DNA of 64,000 nucleotides from Phyllosticta citribraziliensis. Its lineage: Eukaryota. Numbering within the stretch: position 1 is the first letter of the stretch; each line of letters opens with the position of its first letter. The DNA lies in the NCBI RefSeq assembly GCF_038025025.1, contig NW_027117338.1, forward strand, positions 496,001 to 560,000, given 5' to 3'. Positions 21,149-33,090 of the stretch are shown here, in pieces. Under the pieces are notes generated by a model. It made no database searches. It worked only from the letters and a program-made list of their open reading frames with translations, and was not told the DNA's origin. A program made the translations under genes and the position numbers.

Positions 21149-22443
21149 ATGCGCCTTCTCAATCTCCTCTCGTTTGGGCTGATGGGGTTCGCTGCAGCCT
21201 TCCCCATGGCCTCCCCCAATCTGGACCCGGAGGAAGTTGCCCTGGCAAAGAGACAAGACCAGAGAACCAGTCAAGCGCCTGACCCAAAGTCACTTGTTCC
21301 ATTTACTGTGACCGATTTCAAGTTCAGCGGAACCGCCAATCTGTTTGATGTTGCGTTCAGAGTCCAAAACATCAATACCAATATCGTCATTTTGTGTACG
21401 GCGAAGTCTTCTGTTCGGACTGGAGGCGTCTGGTTTAACTGCGATCGCACCATGACGAAATTCAGGGTCTATGCGGACATCAACGACTTCAATGGTCAGA
21501 ACGGAAGGATAACATTGGAGCTCTTCTGGGTAAAGCGATTCTTCGATTCTCGTCCATCCCAACAGCTCTTTGCACGTTCCTCTTATTTTCTTTTGTTATT
21601 TTTCCTGTTTCCCCCACTCCTCCTTTACAGTGAGACCTTGACTGACACCTTGCTAAGAAACACATCCCGTTCGCCCTGACACAAGCCACGGACGCAATAT
21701 TCATCAGTTACGGATATGGCATCTTCGAAGTCCAGTGCGTAACCGGGATTCAAGATGTCACCCCACCACCTCTCAACAATCAGCCTGGAACTCAGCCGGT
21801 AACGCAACCGGTAACCCAGCCAGAGAATAACCAGCTGAATACCGCTACCAATCCTCCGCCACCTACTACCAACACGAATCAAGTTGCCGATCAGAAAACA
21901 CAACAGCCAGGCGGCACCACGCCTGTAGACACGACGAAGAAGACGACGACCGACACCACCAACAATAATGGCGGCGGAGGTACCGGCGGAGGTACCGGCA
22001 ACGGTCAGGGCCGCAGGCTCAAGTCAAAGAGACAGACGACCACTACCAATACTACCCCAGTCGACAACACGAAAAAGCCTGCTGTCGCGCCTGCGACGGT
22101 TGGGGAGCAGAAAACACAACAGCAAAACACGCAGCCGCTCGACACGACGAAAAAGCCAGAGACCAAGCCAGTCGATACGACGAAGAAGACGGAGTCAACG
22201 ACCGACAACGTGCCGACTACGCCAAACAACAACCAGCAACTTACCTCTACGGATCAGACACAGAACAACAACCAACTCAACCAACTGCCTCCCCCGCCTA
22301 CCACCGAGGCTGTCAACGTTCCGCCGGACTCTGGCCTCAACCCCCAGGCCTACTTTGTCGAGGTCACTTGCAATGGGTTGGGTGCCATTGCTGTTGTTGT
22401 GCAGGATGTCATCGAGGGCGATACGCAGCAGGTGCCCTTCTAG
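21149..22443 (+). CDS. Secreted protein with Alt a 1 (AA1)-like Cys pattern and a long T/Q/N/P-rich insertion
   Basis: Signal peptide MRLLNLLSFGLMGFAAAFP; Kex2 site AKRQ; FTVTDF..VAFRV..C..WFNC..F. Intron 21530-21657 (GTAAAG..CTGAC..AAG) joins an open frame to TAG 22441-22443. Confidence 0.7.
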
Positions 22444-22913
22444 TTTCGAAAAGGGGCTGTCTTTCCAATTTAGTGTTTTTCCTTCTCTCGGTACCTGGCT
22501 TTGCCAAGTTGGTGGACCATTCTGGTCGATCCAAAGACTTGGACTGCTTTTCGGACATGGCTCAATGTGGCCGTAGTAGTAGTCGTAGTTACAGTGGTGA
22601 ATCATCACGGACTGAATCATGGAGTATTCATACTTTGCGGACTACTATGAGAACTCGTGTTCGACTGAGTGGGGAGTTCTATCGGTCTCATGTCTATGTG
22701 GACTGTAAACCTTGATTCAGCTGTATCGCGACTCCTCTTCCTCTTAGGAGCAGGCCGCTTCTTAGTCACAGCGTTTGAGAAACCAGACTCGAGTGTCGCT
22801 TCAAGGCAGACGAAAACTATCACAGCCTATCCCCAACCAGGCCGCGGCGTCGACTCTAACTCCGCAGCAAGCAACTCCAACCATCGGCTAGCCATTCTTC
22901 GAGCAACTCCAGC

Positions 22914-24425
22914 TCACTTCCGCGGATGTTTCCAAGTCGACTTCCTCGCCTGGAGATACGTGCCACTCTGAATGGCCTTGTAAATGGCATAAATGCCACC
23001 CAAAGGCCAAAGCTCCAGCAGCGGATTGGTCTTCTTATCCGCGCTGACATCAACCTTGACCTTTTCGTAGACGCTCGGCAGAGAAGTGGCGCCGTACTTT
23101 TCGCGCAGCTTATCGTACCACTCGCGGTCGTAAATCTGCCAAAAGTCTTCCTCGTTGTAGTAAGTGTGCGCGTAGAACCACTTCATGCCGCCCAGCTCGC
23201 GCAGCTTGTGTTCGAGGTCGCGGTTCAGTTCGACGAAGGTCTGGTGATCCCGAGGTCCTTGTCCCCACAGGCCGACGTTTAGCATGGGCTTGAGCGTCTT
23301 GCCGTCTGCTTCAAAATCCTTCGAGTGCGGATGGAATGTTGGCAGCGGGTTCTGCTTCAGGGGACACAGCCAGAGGGGCCAGATGTCGAATTTTTCGTTC
23401 GTGTAGTCGATGAACTTTTCGGCCGTTGCAAACGGCACGCCGAGATCCTGGACGACATATTGCTTTGATTGACCGCTTGCGTGGAGAGCTGTGTACAGCA
23501 TGCGCGTGTGGAGAAAGTCGTCCAACCACCAGCGCGTTGCCTTGTTGAAAGGAAACTTGAAGTAATCAAATGCCGAGGCTCCTACCCAGAATCCACCCCT
23601 GTCATATCGGAACAGATACTCTCCCAGGGGGATGGTTTCGGTAACTGGCTTTCCGCCACTCTTGCTGATTGACTCTTGGACGTGTAAATAGAACCAGGGG
23701 TCCTGTGGTTCGCTAAAGCACTGAATTGAAGTGCCTTCCTTGACCGAGTCCGTCAGGCGACCGGTAATAATTGCTCCTTGGGTTTTCGAGAAGAGAATTC
23801 CGTCGACATACTCAAGTTCGGGGTCCTTGATGAGTTGTTGACACTTTTCAACAGCGTCTGCGTTGCTGGAAGTGGGGTGGTAGGTCGTTTCGACATACTT
23901 TGCCGCCTTTTGCAGTTGAAGCTCGACCAGCGTCGTCACGCCCAAGCTTCCCACTGCGCCAGCTGCACCGTTGAACAGGTCTGACATTTCGTCTTTTGAG
24001 CAGCGCACGACATCTCCATTGGCGAGCACAATTTGAGCCCAATTCACCGTCCGGTCAAAGTAGCCGTGCTTGAAGGAGCTACTCTCGCCTGCAGTCCCTG
24101 CGTAGCCTCCGCCAACAGTGATGCCCGGAAACTCCATGACAACGGGGGGAACGAGCCCATATTTCAGGGTTTCCTCCACGAGCCGATCCATGGGCACGTT
24201 AGGCTCGACCAAGGCCGTCTTGGATTCGACGTCAACCTTCAAGACGCGATTGAGGCCGCTGAGGTCAATGACATTCGGCTTGTTCGTTGGACGGGTGCTG
24301 TTTGTGGATCCATGGCTGATGCGAAATTTCAGTCCTTGCTCGTGAAAAGACCGGACCTTTTGAGAGACTTCGGCAACGGCTCTTTCATGACTTTCAAAGG
24401 CTGTGGCCGTATATTGAGTTGCCAT
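22914..24425 (-). CDS. FAD-linked oxidoreductase, Delta(24)-sterol reductase (DHCR24/DWF1)-like
   Basis: HGSTNSTR, VEPNVPMDRLV, PPVVMEFPGITVGGG..GESSSFKHG, YLFRYDRGGFW, WPLWLCP, LPSVYEKV; intronless. Confidence 0.9.
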   Translation of the reverse strand: MATQYTATAFESHERAVAEVSQKVRSFHEQGLKFRISHGSTNSTRPTNKPNVIDLSGLNRVLKVDVESKTALVEPNVPMDRLVEETLKYGLVPPVVMEFPGITVGGGYAGTAGESSSFKHGYFDRTVNWAQIVLANGDVVRCSKDEMSDLFNGAAGAVGSLGVTTLVELQLQKAAKYVETTYHPTSSNADAVEKCQQLIKDPELEYVDGILFSKTQGAIITGRLTDSVKEGTSIQCFSEPQDPWFYLHVQESISKSGGKPVTETIPLGEYLFRYDRGGFWVGASAFDYFKFPFNKATRWWLDDFLHTRMLYTALHASGQSKQYVVQDLGVPFATAEKFIDYTNEKFDIWPLWLCPLKQNPLPTFHPHSKDFEADGKTLKPMLNVGLWGQGPRDHQTFVELNRDLEHKLRELGGMKWFYAHTYYNEEDFWQIYDREWYDKLREKYGATSLPSVYEKVKVDVSADKKTNPLLELWPLGGIYAIYKAIQSGTYLQARKSTWKHPRK

Positions 24426-25571
24426 GAGGACCTTTGGGCTGTGCGAAAAGTTTCTCGTTGGTTGAGACTGGAAATCAGGAAAATGAAAAGACTTGGTAGG
24501 AAAGACTGAGGCGCATGGCGCTCGAAACGACCGTCCGGCACAATCTTCAAAGTTGTCAATATTCCGCGCATTCACTGCCAGCGAGAAGTCATACGCGCCG
24601 ATGGTCGAATCAGACTGTGTTGTACATGCGGGAAACGCGTCCGCGTCAAAACAGTCCTCATCTTGGGAAAAAGAGTGTCCGTTTCCACGGCAAGAAGACG
24701 ACGTCAAGCACGCGACGACGAAACCCTAGCCGAGACCGGAACCTTGCAACCGAGGTTGAGCCGTAAGAACGGCAGGGCTGAACGTGGCCATCGGTTTACT
24801 GAAACAATTTCGACATGCAAACATCACGGACACAAGCAAATGTATTGCGCAGAAAAAGGAGTGAATTGGAATTCAGAATGAAGCGCCTTGTACAAAATAT
24901 TTTCAAAACGACATTGTATAGAGAGGTGAATAGGTGAGCCAGTGAAGAGCAATACGCCTAGCCTTGTACTACATGGTCAACCCTGAACATAAGTTCATCG
25001 GCCATGAATTCGGCATCTTGGTCCCAGAAAATCACTCCAAATGTGGAGAGCGCTCATGTGTGAAGATCTTTCCTAGAGAGGAACATGCAAGTCCACTCAA
25101 GTGTGGCCCGCGTCGACAAAAAGGGACACTCCTCGAAACTGGCCCCTTGAAGCTCACCAGAATAGCCTACATCTTCATAGGCCAGAGAACCTCAACCATG
25201 CAGCAGGTCAGCTTCAAGTGGAGTCAATCCTCCACGTGGTGGCAGTGACGCTCCTGGAGCATCAGCTTGCGAATGACAATTCTAACAAGGGAACCAATAC
25301 ATTCAGCAAGTGACATGCACTTTGATGGGGCGAAGCCTGGCGTAAGGGTACTGATAAAGGCCCGTTGGTGGTCGCGGAAGGCTGATCGCAAAGAAAGATC
25401 GTCGGACATCTTTGGGGGCCAAACACGAGGGTCGTGCATTTCCAATGTATTATAGTCATTTAGCCCGTTGCCTGATTGCGGGGAGACTGTTGTTCGAATT
25501 TCTCCAGTCTGCCTCGCTCGGATAACCCTTTTCTGGAGTTTGGCGTCGCGCCAGCATCCCACTTCACGAAC

Positions 25572-27429
25572 ATGGCGAGGGCTACCTGGTCCCGCTCCTG
25601 GACGATCCGGACGATTGTGTTCTTGCTTTCCACGTTCCAAACAGGAGTTGCAAAAGGCTCGCCTGCTGCCGAACATCTCCCTAGTGCAGCTGTCAAGACT
25701 CCTTCGCGACGACAAGTCTCCAATCCAGCCACCTCGAACTTCATCCGGCGAGCGCTCCACTCTTCAGTCGTTGTGGGCAACCATCTCTTCATAGATGGTG
25801 GGGAGCTGACCCAGTTCATTGATGGCTACCTCGACACGCGAAGTTCAAGGGTGAATAACGTCACCATTTCCATCGACTTGAGCTCGGACTGGACCAACTC
25901 GAGCGTCGAAATAAAGGCCGTGGCCAAAGGAGATGCGCCTATCCTCACCTGGCCTGGACTCTGGCCCCATGGAAATGACAGTTTTTTTCTCTGGGCCGGC
26001 GGAGTGTCCGAAGTAGCAGTCAACATGAGCACTCCTGAGAAAGCGCTATGGAAGTTTACAGCCGACTCGACAGGAAATGGGACGTGGGCAAAGGTCGACC
26101 CAGGGGATCCCAGAGTGTTCAACCAGTTGACGAGACCGACAAACGGAGTTTGGGGCGCGTCGAATACTACGGGATATTACATTGGCGGATGGTCTTCCAG
26201 CGTTACGGATCCAGACGTGGATAGCACCGCCCAAGTTCCACTGACAGGCATGGTAACATACAACTGGGAGACGCAGACGTGGAACAACGTTTCATCGATC
26301 CCATACACCAGTCCCTATGGGACAGCTCTGGGCGGTCGAATGGTGTACGTCCCGACCTTTGGAGGCGAAGGTCTCCTGATGCCGATGGGCGGCCTTACAT
26401 CGTCTTTGAGCAGCTGGTCCGATGATTCAGGGCTGCTTCAGATGAACAACCTTACCGTTTATGACACGGCCACGGGTGGATGGTATGCTCAACAGACCAC
26501 CGGAGAAGCCCCAGGAAAACGAGACCGATTTTGTATTGTTGGTGCTCAGGGGGCAGATTCTTACGAGATGTAAGTTGAGATGCGAAATTAGCAGTAACTT
26601 CGTAGTGCCTGACTCTTGCAGATTCTTGTATGGCGGCTGGGACGCAAGTCTCCAAATAGCCTACGACGACATTTATATTTTGTCTCTCCCAGCATTCAGG
26701 TGGTTCAGGATATCATCAGAAACGACTGGCACACCAAGGTCTTACCAAACCTGCCACACGGTCGCCAGCCAGATGATCGTTGTTGGAGGAGTTGATTTTT
26801 CCTTGGGTATTCCAGGGGATTGGTACGCAAAATGAAGGAGTCCATGCTTTTGGAGACTGACGTATTTCAGGCAAGATCCAGATCCATGGGACAATGGACT
26901 TGGTGTATTCGACTTGAACGACCTTGAATGGAAGACCTCATACAATGCCAGCGCAGTCGCATACGAGACTCCCCAAGTGGTGAAAGACTGGTATAACAAA
27001 GGGCAAGTGCTGAAATCGTTTTGTCTGAAGAGAATCTGACTTTCTCGCAGAAGAGCCGCCAACGTCTCATGGGACAGCGACGGCGTCCAGAGCCTATTCT
27101 CATCAGCACTCACCGACTCCAGTGGAAGCAACGACACCGCTCAAAGCGGCTCTCAGAATTCATCCAGCCATGCTGGTGCCATCGCTGGTGGCGTCGTGGG
27201 TGGAGTCGCTGGAGTCGCTCTTCTTGCAGGGCTTGCGTTCTTCATGCTTCGACGCCGACGAAACTCTGGGAGTCTGCCTGCTCCGGTACAAGACAAGCAG
27301 ACGGCTGAAAAAGATGCCGAAAATGTGTACAACGAGCTCCCAGACCGGCAGCCGGAGATGGGGGACTCGGAAGACATTGTACATGAGCTTCCGGACGAGC
27401 CAACGGCACGGAAGCCAGGGACGAGATGA
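25572..27429 (+). CDS. Kelch/galactose-oxidase beta-propeller type I membrane protein
   Basis: Signal-like N-terminus; FIRRALHSSVVVGNHLFIDGGE; repeated GG/W Kelch motifs; DIYILSLPAFRWF; TM AGAIAGGVVGGVAGVALLAGLAFFML followed by RRRR; cytosolic ELP repeats. Introns include a GC-AG at 27003-27050. Confidence 0.85.
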
Positions 27430-27702
27430 CGAGATTCAGAATCATGAAACTTGCTGATATGGTTGGAGGATGGATACCCCAGTTGATGAGGAATGGAGCC
27501 GCATAGATAAATCTGAAGACTTATTGAAAGACCGGAAGATGTGAGAAGCGGAAGATGTGGTGTAACGATACATGGGGAAAAATACGTAATTTTCCAAGCT
27601 TGACGTAGTCTGGACCCTGCCGGGATCAACCACCTTGCTCGAACTTTCCAACGCAACACCCCATCGAATCATCAACACCACTACACACTCGCCGCGTACA
27701 CG

Positions 27703-28785
27703 ATGGAGAGCCCAGAGGAGAGCCCAGCGCAACGGCAAGCGCGCTTGCGCCGCGAACGGCGGCAAGCAAAGATCAACTCGCAAGGCGCGTCACGACTGGA
27801 AGCAATCACGTCGCTGAGCGGACGGCCAGCGCCAGCTCCAGAAGAACGTAAGACTCCTTAACGCAGCTGAGAAGCTACAGGGACAGCGAGGCAAATCCAA
27901 CTAACACCTACAGCTTCCTCCGACCCCTCCTCCAAACCAAGCGCTGCCCCACCCTCCATCTCCGCCTCCAGCACCTCGACAACAGTTGGCGGCGCCGCAG
28001 TCACACCCACGTCCTCTTCCGCCGAAACCGATGATCCGCCCGAAATCGACATTAGCCAGCACTACTACGCGCCCAGCCGACCAGCGCGCTCACTTACGCC
28101 CTCGACGCCCGCCTCGGGGCAGTTGACGCCCGGCACGCCGGATAATGGCAGCGGCAATCCCAACGACGATCCCATGATGCGGATGATGCAGCAAATGCTG
28201 CGCGGCGGAGGTCCGCCCGGCATGGACGGTGCTCCCGGTCCTGGCGGTGCTCCTGAGGGAGAGGACCCCATGCTCAAAATGCTGCAGCAGATGATGGGCG
28301 GAGGCGGCGGCATGCCCGGTATGCCCGGTATGCCCGGCGCACCTGGAGCACCGCAGCAAGAAGAAAGCAGCAGCAACGCGGCGTACGTGTGGCGCATAGT
28401 ACATGCGCTCATGTCGTTCAGTCTGGCCATCTACATTGCCCTGGGTAGCGCGTTTGATGGCACCAAGGTGACCCGAGAACACGGACAGTCATCTTTCGAT
28501 GGTGTCGTTGAAATCGGCGGCGTCAACATCGGACAGCGGCTGTTTTGGATGTTTGCAACTGTCGAGGTGGTGCTGCAGAGCACTCGGTTCTTCGTTGAAA
28601 AGGGACAGTTGCAACAGGGTGGGTTGATGGGGACGCTGTCTACCATACTTCCCGAGCCGTATGCGGGATATGTGAGGATGGCTGGAAGATACAGCGTCAT
28701 ATACACCACGGTCGTAGCAGACGCCATGGTTGTAGTGTTTGTTCTGGGAGCTGTGGCATGGTGGAAGGGGCTGGTAGCAAATTGA
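27703..28785 (+). CDS. GET2: GET complex membrane subunit Get2/Sif1 (CAML-like)
   Basis: N-terminal RQARLRRERRQAKI..GASRLEAIT motif, disordered linker and three C-terminal TM helices; intron 27848-27913. Confidence 0.75.
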
Positions 28786-28976
28786 CGGAGGGGCAGAATG
28801 ATGTAAAAGATCAAGACATGGGAAGTGGTCTCCAAAATGAATGCAATGATACACGAGCTCTACGACGTCAGTCTGGATCAACGCACTTTTCCAGACGAAC
28901 TAACCATAAGTCTGCAAGAAAATCCTTTTTCAATGCGCCGCACATGCCCTTATCCCAAAAAGACCTCTACAATTCT

Positions 28977-29749
28977 CTACGCACCCTGCTCGGCCTGCAT
29001 CACAGCAGCCGTCTGCTGCTTCGCCGCCTCCAGCAACTCCTTCTCCCTCTTCAACTTGGCATTGACAGCGAGCTGCGCCTCCCTCACCACCCGACTATGC
29101 TCATTCCTCTTGCGTATCTCCTCCGTTTCCTCGAGCTCGACCTCAGACGGGGCGATGGTCTGCGCGCGCACGACGTCGGCGAGCTGGCTCCAGATCTCGC
29201 TCTCGGGCTTGTACTTCATCTCGATGCGCGTGGGGTCGCGCTTGGCGCTGGGCGTGAAGGTGACGGTCATGAAGGCGGCTTCGTGGTTGGGCGCGTTGCG
29301 GTCCACCTTGATCGGCAGCCACGGGTTGCGGTATTTGATGCGCGGCAGGATTTCGCGGATGAATTTTCTGTGCAGAGAGCGGCGGCGTCAGTATGAGGTC
29401 GAGGTTTCGTTGCGGTTGAGTGGAGGCGCTCCGTGTGTTGGTGGTGGAGCGCCGCCGGTGGCTGCGCAGCACGTACTTGGGCCCTCGGTGGCCGCCGTCA
29501 ATCTGGCGTGCCAGGCGCAGGCTTATTGACTGGACGTTCCGCGGGATGGTGGCAGATCCCGGTCCCATTCGTATCCATAGCAGCTACAACGAATGCGCGC
29601 GTGAGTTGTACGTTCTTTGCGGCGGAGGTCTTGTGGAGGTGTGCCTACTTGCTGTTGAGGTTGTGTTAGAGAGGGCAGTATGAGGTTGGCAGGCTGGCTG
29701 GATCGCTTACTTCCTTCAACTTGAACATGCGCTGTTGGATTGTCGGCAT
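28977..29749 (-). CDS. Mitochondrial ribosomal protein, L51/S25/CI-B8 domain (Mrp49/mL61-like)
   Basis: MPTIQQRMFKLKE|LLWIRMGPGSATIP..GGHRGP|RKFIREILPRIKYRNP; two introns. Confidence 0.8.
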
Positions 29750-30213
29750 GGTGGGCGATTGGATTTGTAGACCTCACCAGCAATGCGGAGAGCTTGAACA
29801 ATCACCGTTGGCCGCCGCTCGAGAATTGAGGTCGGGAATTTGGAACGCCGACATCTTATCGCTGATTATGTAATGTTGGCACCAATACGGAATAAATTAC
29901 ACAGTACTCTCGAGCTTCATCCAGTCGTGCTCGCCATCACGTCGAGAAAATTAGTTGGACTTTGAACTTTTTTTGGAATTGAACAAGTGCCGGACGCCGC
30001 ATGCAGCCCGCTAACCTGAATCCTCCCAAGTCATTCCGCCGTAGAGTCTCATGACAATAACCGTGACATTATTTACAATGCAAGAAGCGGAGCTTTGCTT
30101 TCCCATTTCCAATACCAAAGACATCTTTCTCCCAATAGACCTACTTCACTGCCATTGATAAGACTGGTCTCTGCTGAACAAGGTATTCCGTGTGCTGCGC
30201 CAAACGCTATACC

Positions 30214-31102
30214 TTACTGCGCAGCGGGAGCGGCACCCGCGGGCCTGGCGGCAGGCTGGGCTCTGCGGCTCCTACAAAAAGTTAGCGTGTGGTGGAGTCA
30301 TAGTCGATATACAACGTACATGAAGTTGCGGCTGATCATGGAAATGGCGACCATGGGGAGCCAGCTGGGCATCTTGGAGAAGGCCCAGAAAGCGTAAGCC
30401 ACGGGGACTTCGACACCGAATTGAACCAAGAGACCATTGAAAGGGTGGAAGATGCCCTCGTACGGCTCAGTCTGCTCAAACTTCTTCTCGGTGTGCAGCT
30501 GCGTAATGTTCAAAGCAGTGGTGTTGACACGGTTGAGAGGAATGAAGCGAACAGCAGGAGCAGGCGCCGACTGGTCGGGGAGAGGAGCAGGGATTTGAAT
30601 GTGGACAATGGACGGGGGAGAGGCCGCCCAAGTGTTGCAAAGAATATTGTCGATCTCGCAATCAATGACGCCGAGGTTGGGCGACTTTGGCGCCGCAGCG
30701 AGAACGGGGACGGATTTCTGCAGAGATGCGAGATTAGCACCTGGCCTTGGGATAGGGAACCTGTCAACATACATTCCATGCCTCAGTGGTGTTCCCACAG
30801 AGCCCAAAGCACGTCTTGTTGCCGCCCGTCACGTAGATCATCCATTCCTGGGGTCCCGCGGCGGCAGCTGAGGCGCTAGAGTTGATGGTCTGGCGCCAGT
30901 TCTCGAGCGTCAGGTTGGCAACAGCCTTCTCGGCAACCTTTGAGGCAGCAGCTTCGACGGGGGTGGCAGCGGCGGGGATGGCGGTCGAGACGTAGGACTG
31001 AGCCTGGTTGAACCAGCCCTTGACCTTATCAACGAGAGGTACCTGGTCCTCGGCGAGCGCAAGGGCGGGCAAAGCCACGAGGAGAGCGGAAGAGACGCGC
31101 AT
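30214..31102 (-). CDS. Secretory-pathway thioredoxin-like-fold protein with C-terminal membrane anchor (conserved fungal hypothetical)
   Basis: Signal peptide MRVSSALLVALPALALA; LTLENW..EWMIYVTGGNKTCFGLC..AWN; LGVIDCEIDNILCNTW; C-terminal hydrophobic segment; two introns. Confidence 0.75.
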
Positions 31103-31579
31103 GGTGAAGTCGAGTCGGTGGTGAGGTGGGGACGGAGTGATGGAGCAAAGGGACGTATAAGTGTGACGATGCGGTAATCGTGCAGATGCAGGCGGGCGGA
31201 CCAAGGGTTTTGTTCGAGGTCAGGTTGGTGAGTGACGCGGAGCCGCAACGGAGTGAACGGGGAGAACGTGGACTGGACCTGGAGTGGGTGAAGATGCCAG
31301 GTTGCCCGCAACCACGGGAACCTTGAATTGTGCGCGCGGGAAGCCTCGACTGTCTGCACGTGCACGCGTCTGATGAAACGAAACCGGTACATCACCACCT
31401 CACCTTTGTACCTTGCCCAGGAAACGCCGTCGCCCTCTCGACCATGGTGTCTGGCGCCGTTGAGCCGTCATGGCCTCGACTGCCCAACTGTTTCCTGTCC
31501 CTTTCGTGCTGTAGCAATGTCCTGCTTCGCCAATGACGGCAATCCATCCATTTTCGGCCCGGATAGCATCAATAAGCCC

Positions 31580-32698
31580 ATGATGCATTTGACGCGTGCT
31601 TTCGCTCTCGCAGCATTCGTCACTGCTACTTCTGCTTCGCTGTTGGACAATAGAGCTCCGAGTAAGACTGTCAAAGCTCCAGTCGACCCGCGCTGACCAT
31701 TCCAGACTCGACCTCGACCTCCTCAGCCACCGCATCCGTCCCCACAGTCACGCTCATCGAAACCAAAATCCGGGGCCAGCTGACGACCATTGAAGTCCCC
31801 TTGCCCACGGCCGTGGCATCAGCAAACGCAACCGGAACCAGTGCGGCTGCTTCCCCGACCAACAGCCTCGGCCTGGACCCAAGCAAAGACTTTCCCGTCT
31901 GCAATGACAGGAATGCAAAGCCCTTTTGCCTCCCGGCCAACAATTCAGACGTCTATTATTTTGAGACTTACTACGTGACCTGGTAGCTTCTTCCACTCTC
32001 ATCCAATCCGCAATACTGATTTGACCAGGAACTCGGCGTATTTTCCATCCACCGCCAACGTGACCATCCTCCTCAACTGGACCAATGACACGCGCAAGCA
32101 AGCATGGCAGTCCGAGTCCATCGACAACCGCATCGGCGCGACCTCCGTCACCATGAAGAAAGAATGGCTGCAAGGCTACACCGCCTACAACCTGACCTTC
32201 TTTGCCCAAGTGTTCGACTCGGACACCGACACGACGGCCACCTACTACGACGGGCCCACCGTGCAACTCATCTCAAAGCCGCCGCACTACAAGTCTCCCG
32301 GGAAGACGACCAAAGCCCCGAACGGCCTGGGACTGAAGCTCGGCTTGCCCCTCTCTCTCGGCTTCTTCTGCGTCATGGTGTTTGGCCTGTTTTTCCTCAT
32401 GCGCAAGCACCGCGCCATTGGGCTAGGCAACATCATGGGCCGTCGCAGGGGCTACGGTGGTGCCAAGTCGCGCGGTCAGCGCATGGGTTGGCGCAAGAGG
32501 GACGATATCTCGTTGCAGGAGAGCGAGCTGCTGGGCGTCGAACGTTATACGGATGATCCACCGCCCGCCCCGAGATCTTTGAGTGACATTGCCTGGAGTC
32601 GTTTGCGTGGGACATCGCCTGCGCATCCATCGAGGGATGAGATGGAGAGTGAAAGACTCTTTGCCGCTGATGAGGCTGAGGATGTACGAGAGGACTAG
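31580..32698 (+). CDS. Psg1/YKL077W-like type I membrane protein
   Basis: Signal peptide, S/T region, FPVC..PFCLP..TYYVTWN, TM LGLPLSLGFFCVMVFGLFFLM followed by RKHR..GYG; introns ~31662-31705 and ~31983-32028. Confidence 0.7.
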
Positions 32699-33090
32699 GA
32701 CGGGGTGGATAACGAAATGGCCTGAAGGCCTGCATTTCATACCATCTTTGTCTAATGGATATAGAGCAGTTCGCATAGATTCGAGAGCAGACCGGGACGA
32801 GGAAGAAGAAAAGGCTTGCTTTTAGTTCACAAGTAAGGTAGTTTTGACTTTTGAAGCTTCGAGCGTATTCATTCGGGATTGTGTAATGTCTGTCGTAGAC
32901 ACTGATGGTCCAACTCAGTGTCGCTTTCAAACAACTACGCTTCGTGCGCAATGCCCTAATGGCTTCATTAATTGCATCAGCCAACAATGCTGTACAGCAC
33001 GAGCAGACGCAGAATGGGTATTCAAAAGTAGCAGTCCGTCCCCTCTTCCATTCCCTCACTCGTACATCATAAACAGGCCATCTCCAACCA

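Noticed and set aside
24426..24707. 94-aa N-terminal extension of the DHCR24-like ORF (likewise 9268-9486 and 63080-63277)
   Set aside because: These rely on non-ATG starts; homology-like sequence begins at the downstream ATG.
31660..31710. Premature stop in the Psg1-like gene
   Set aside because: The TGA lies in the branch site of a GTAAGA..GCTGAC..CAG intron.
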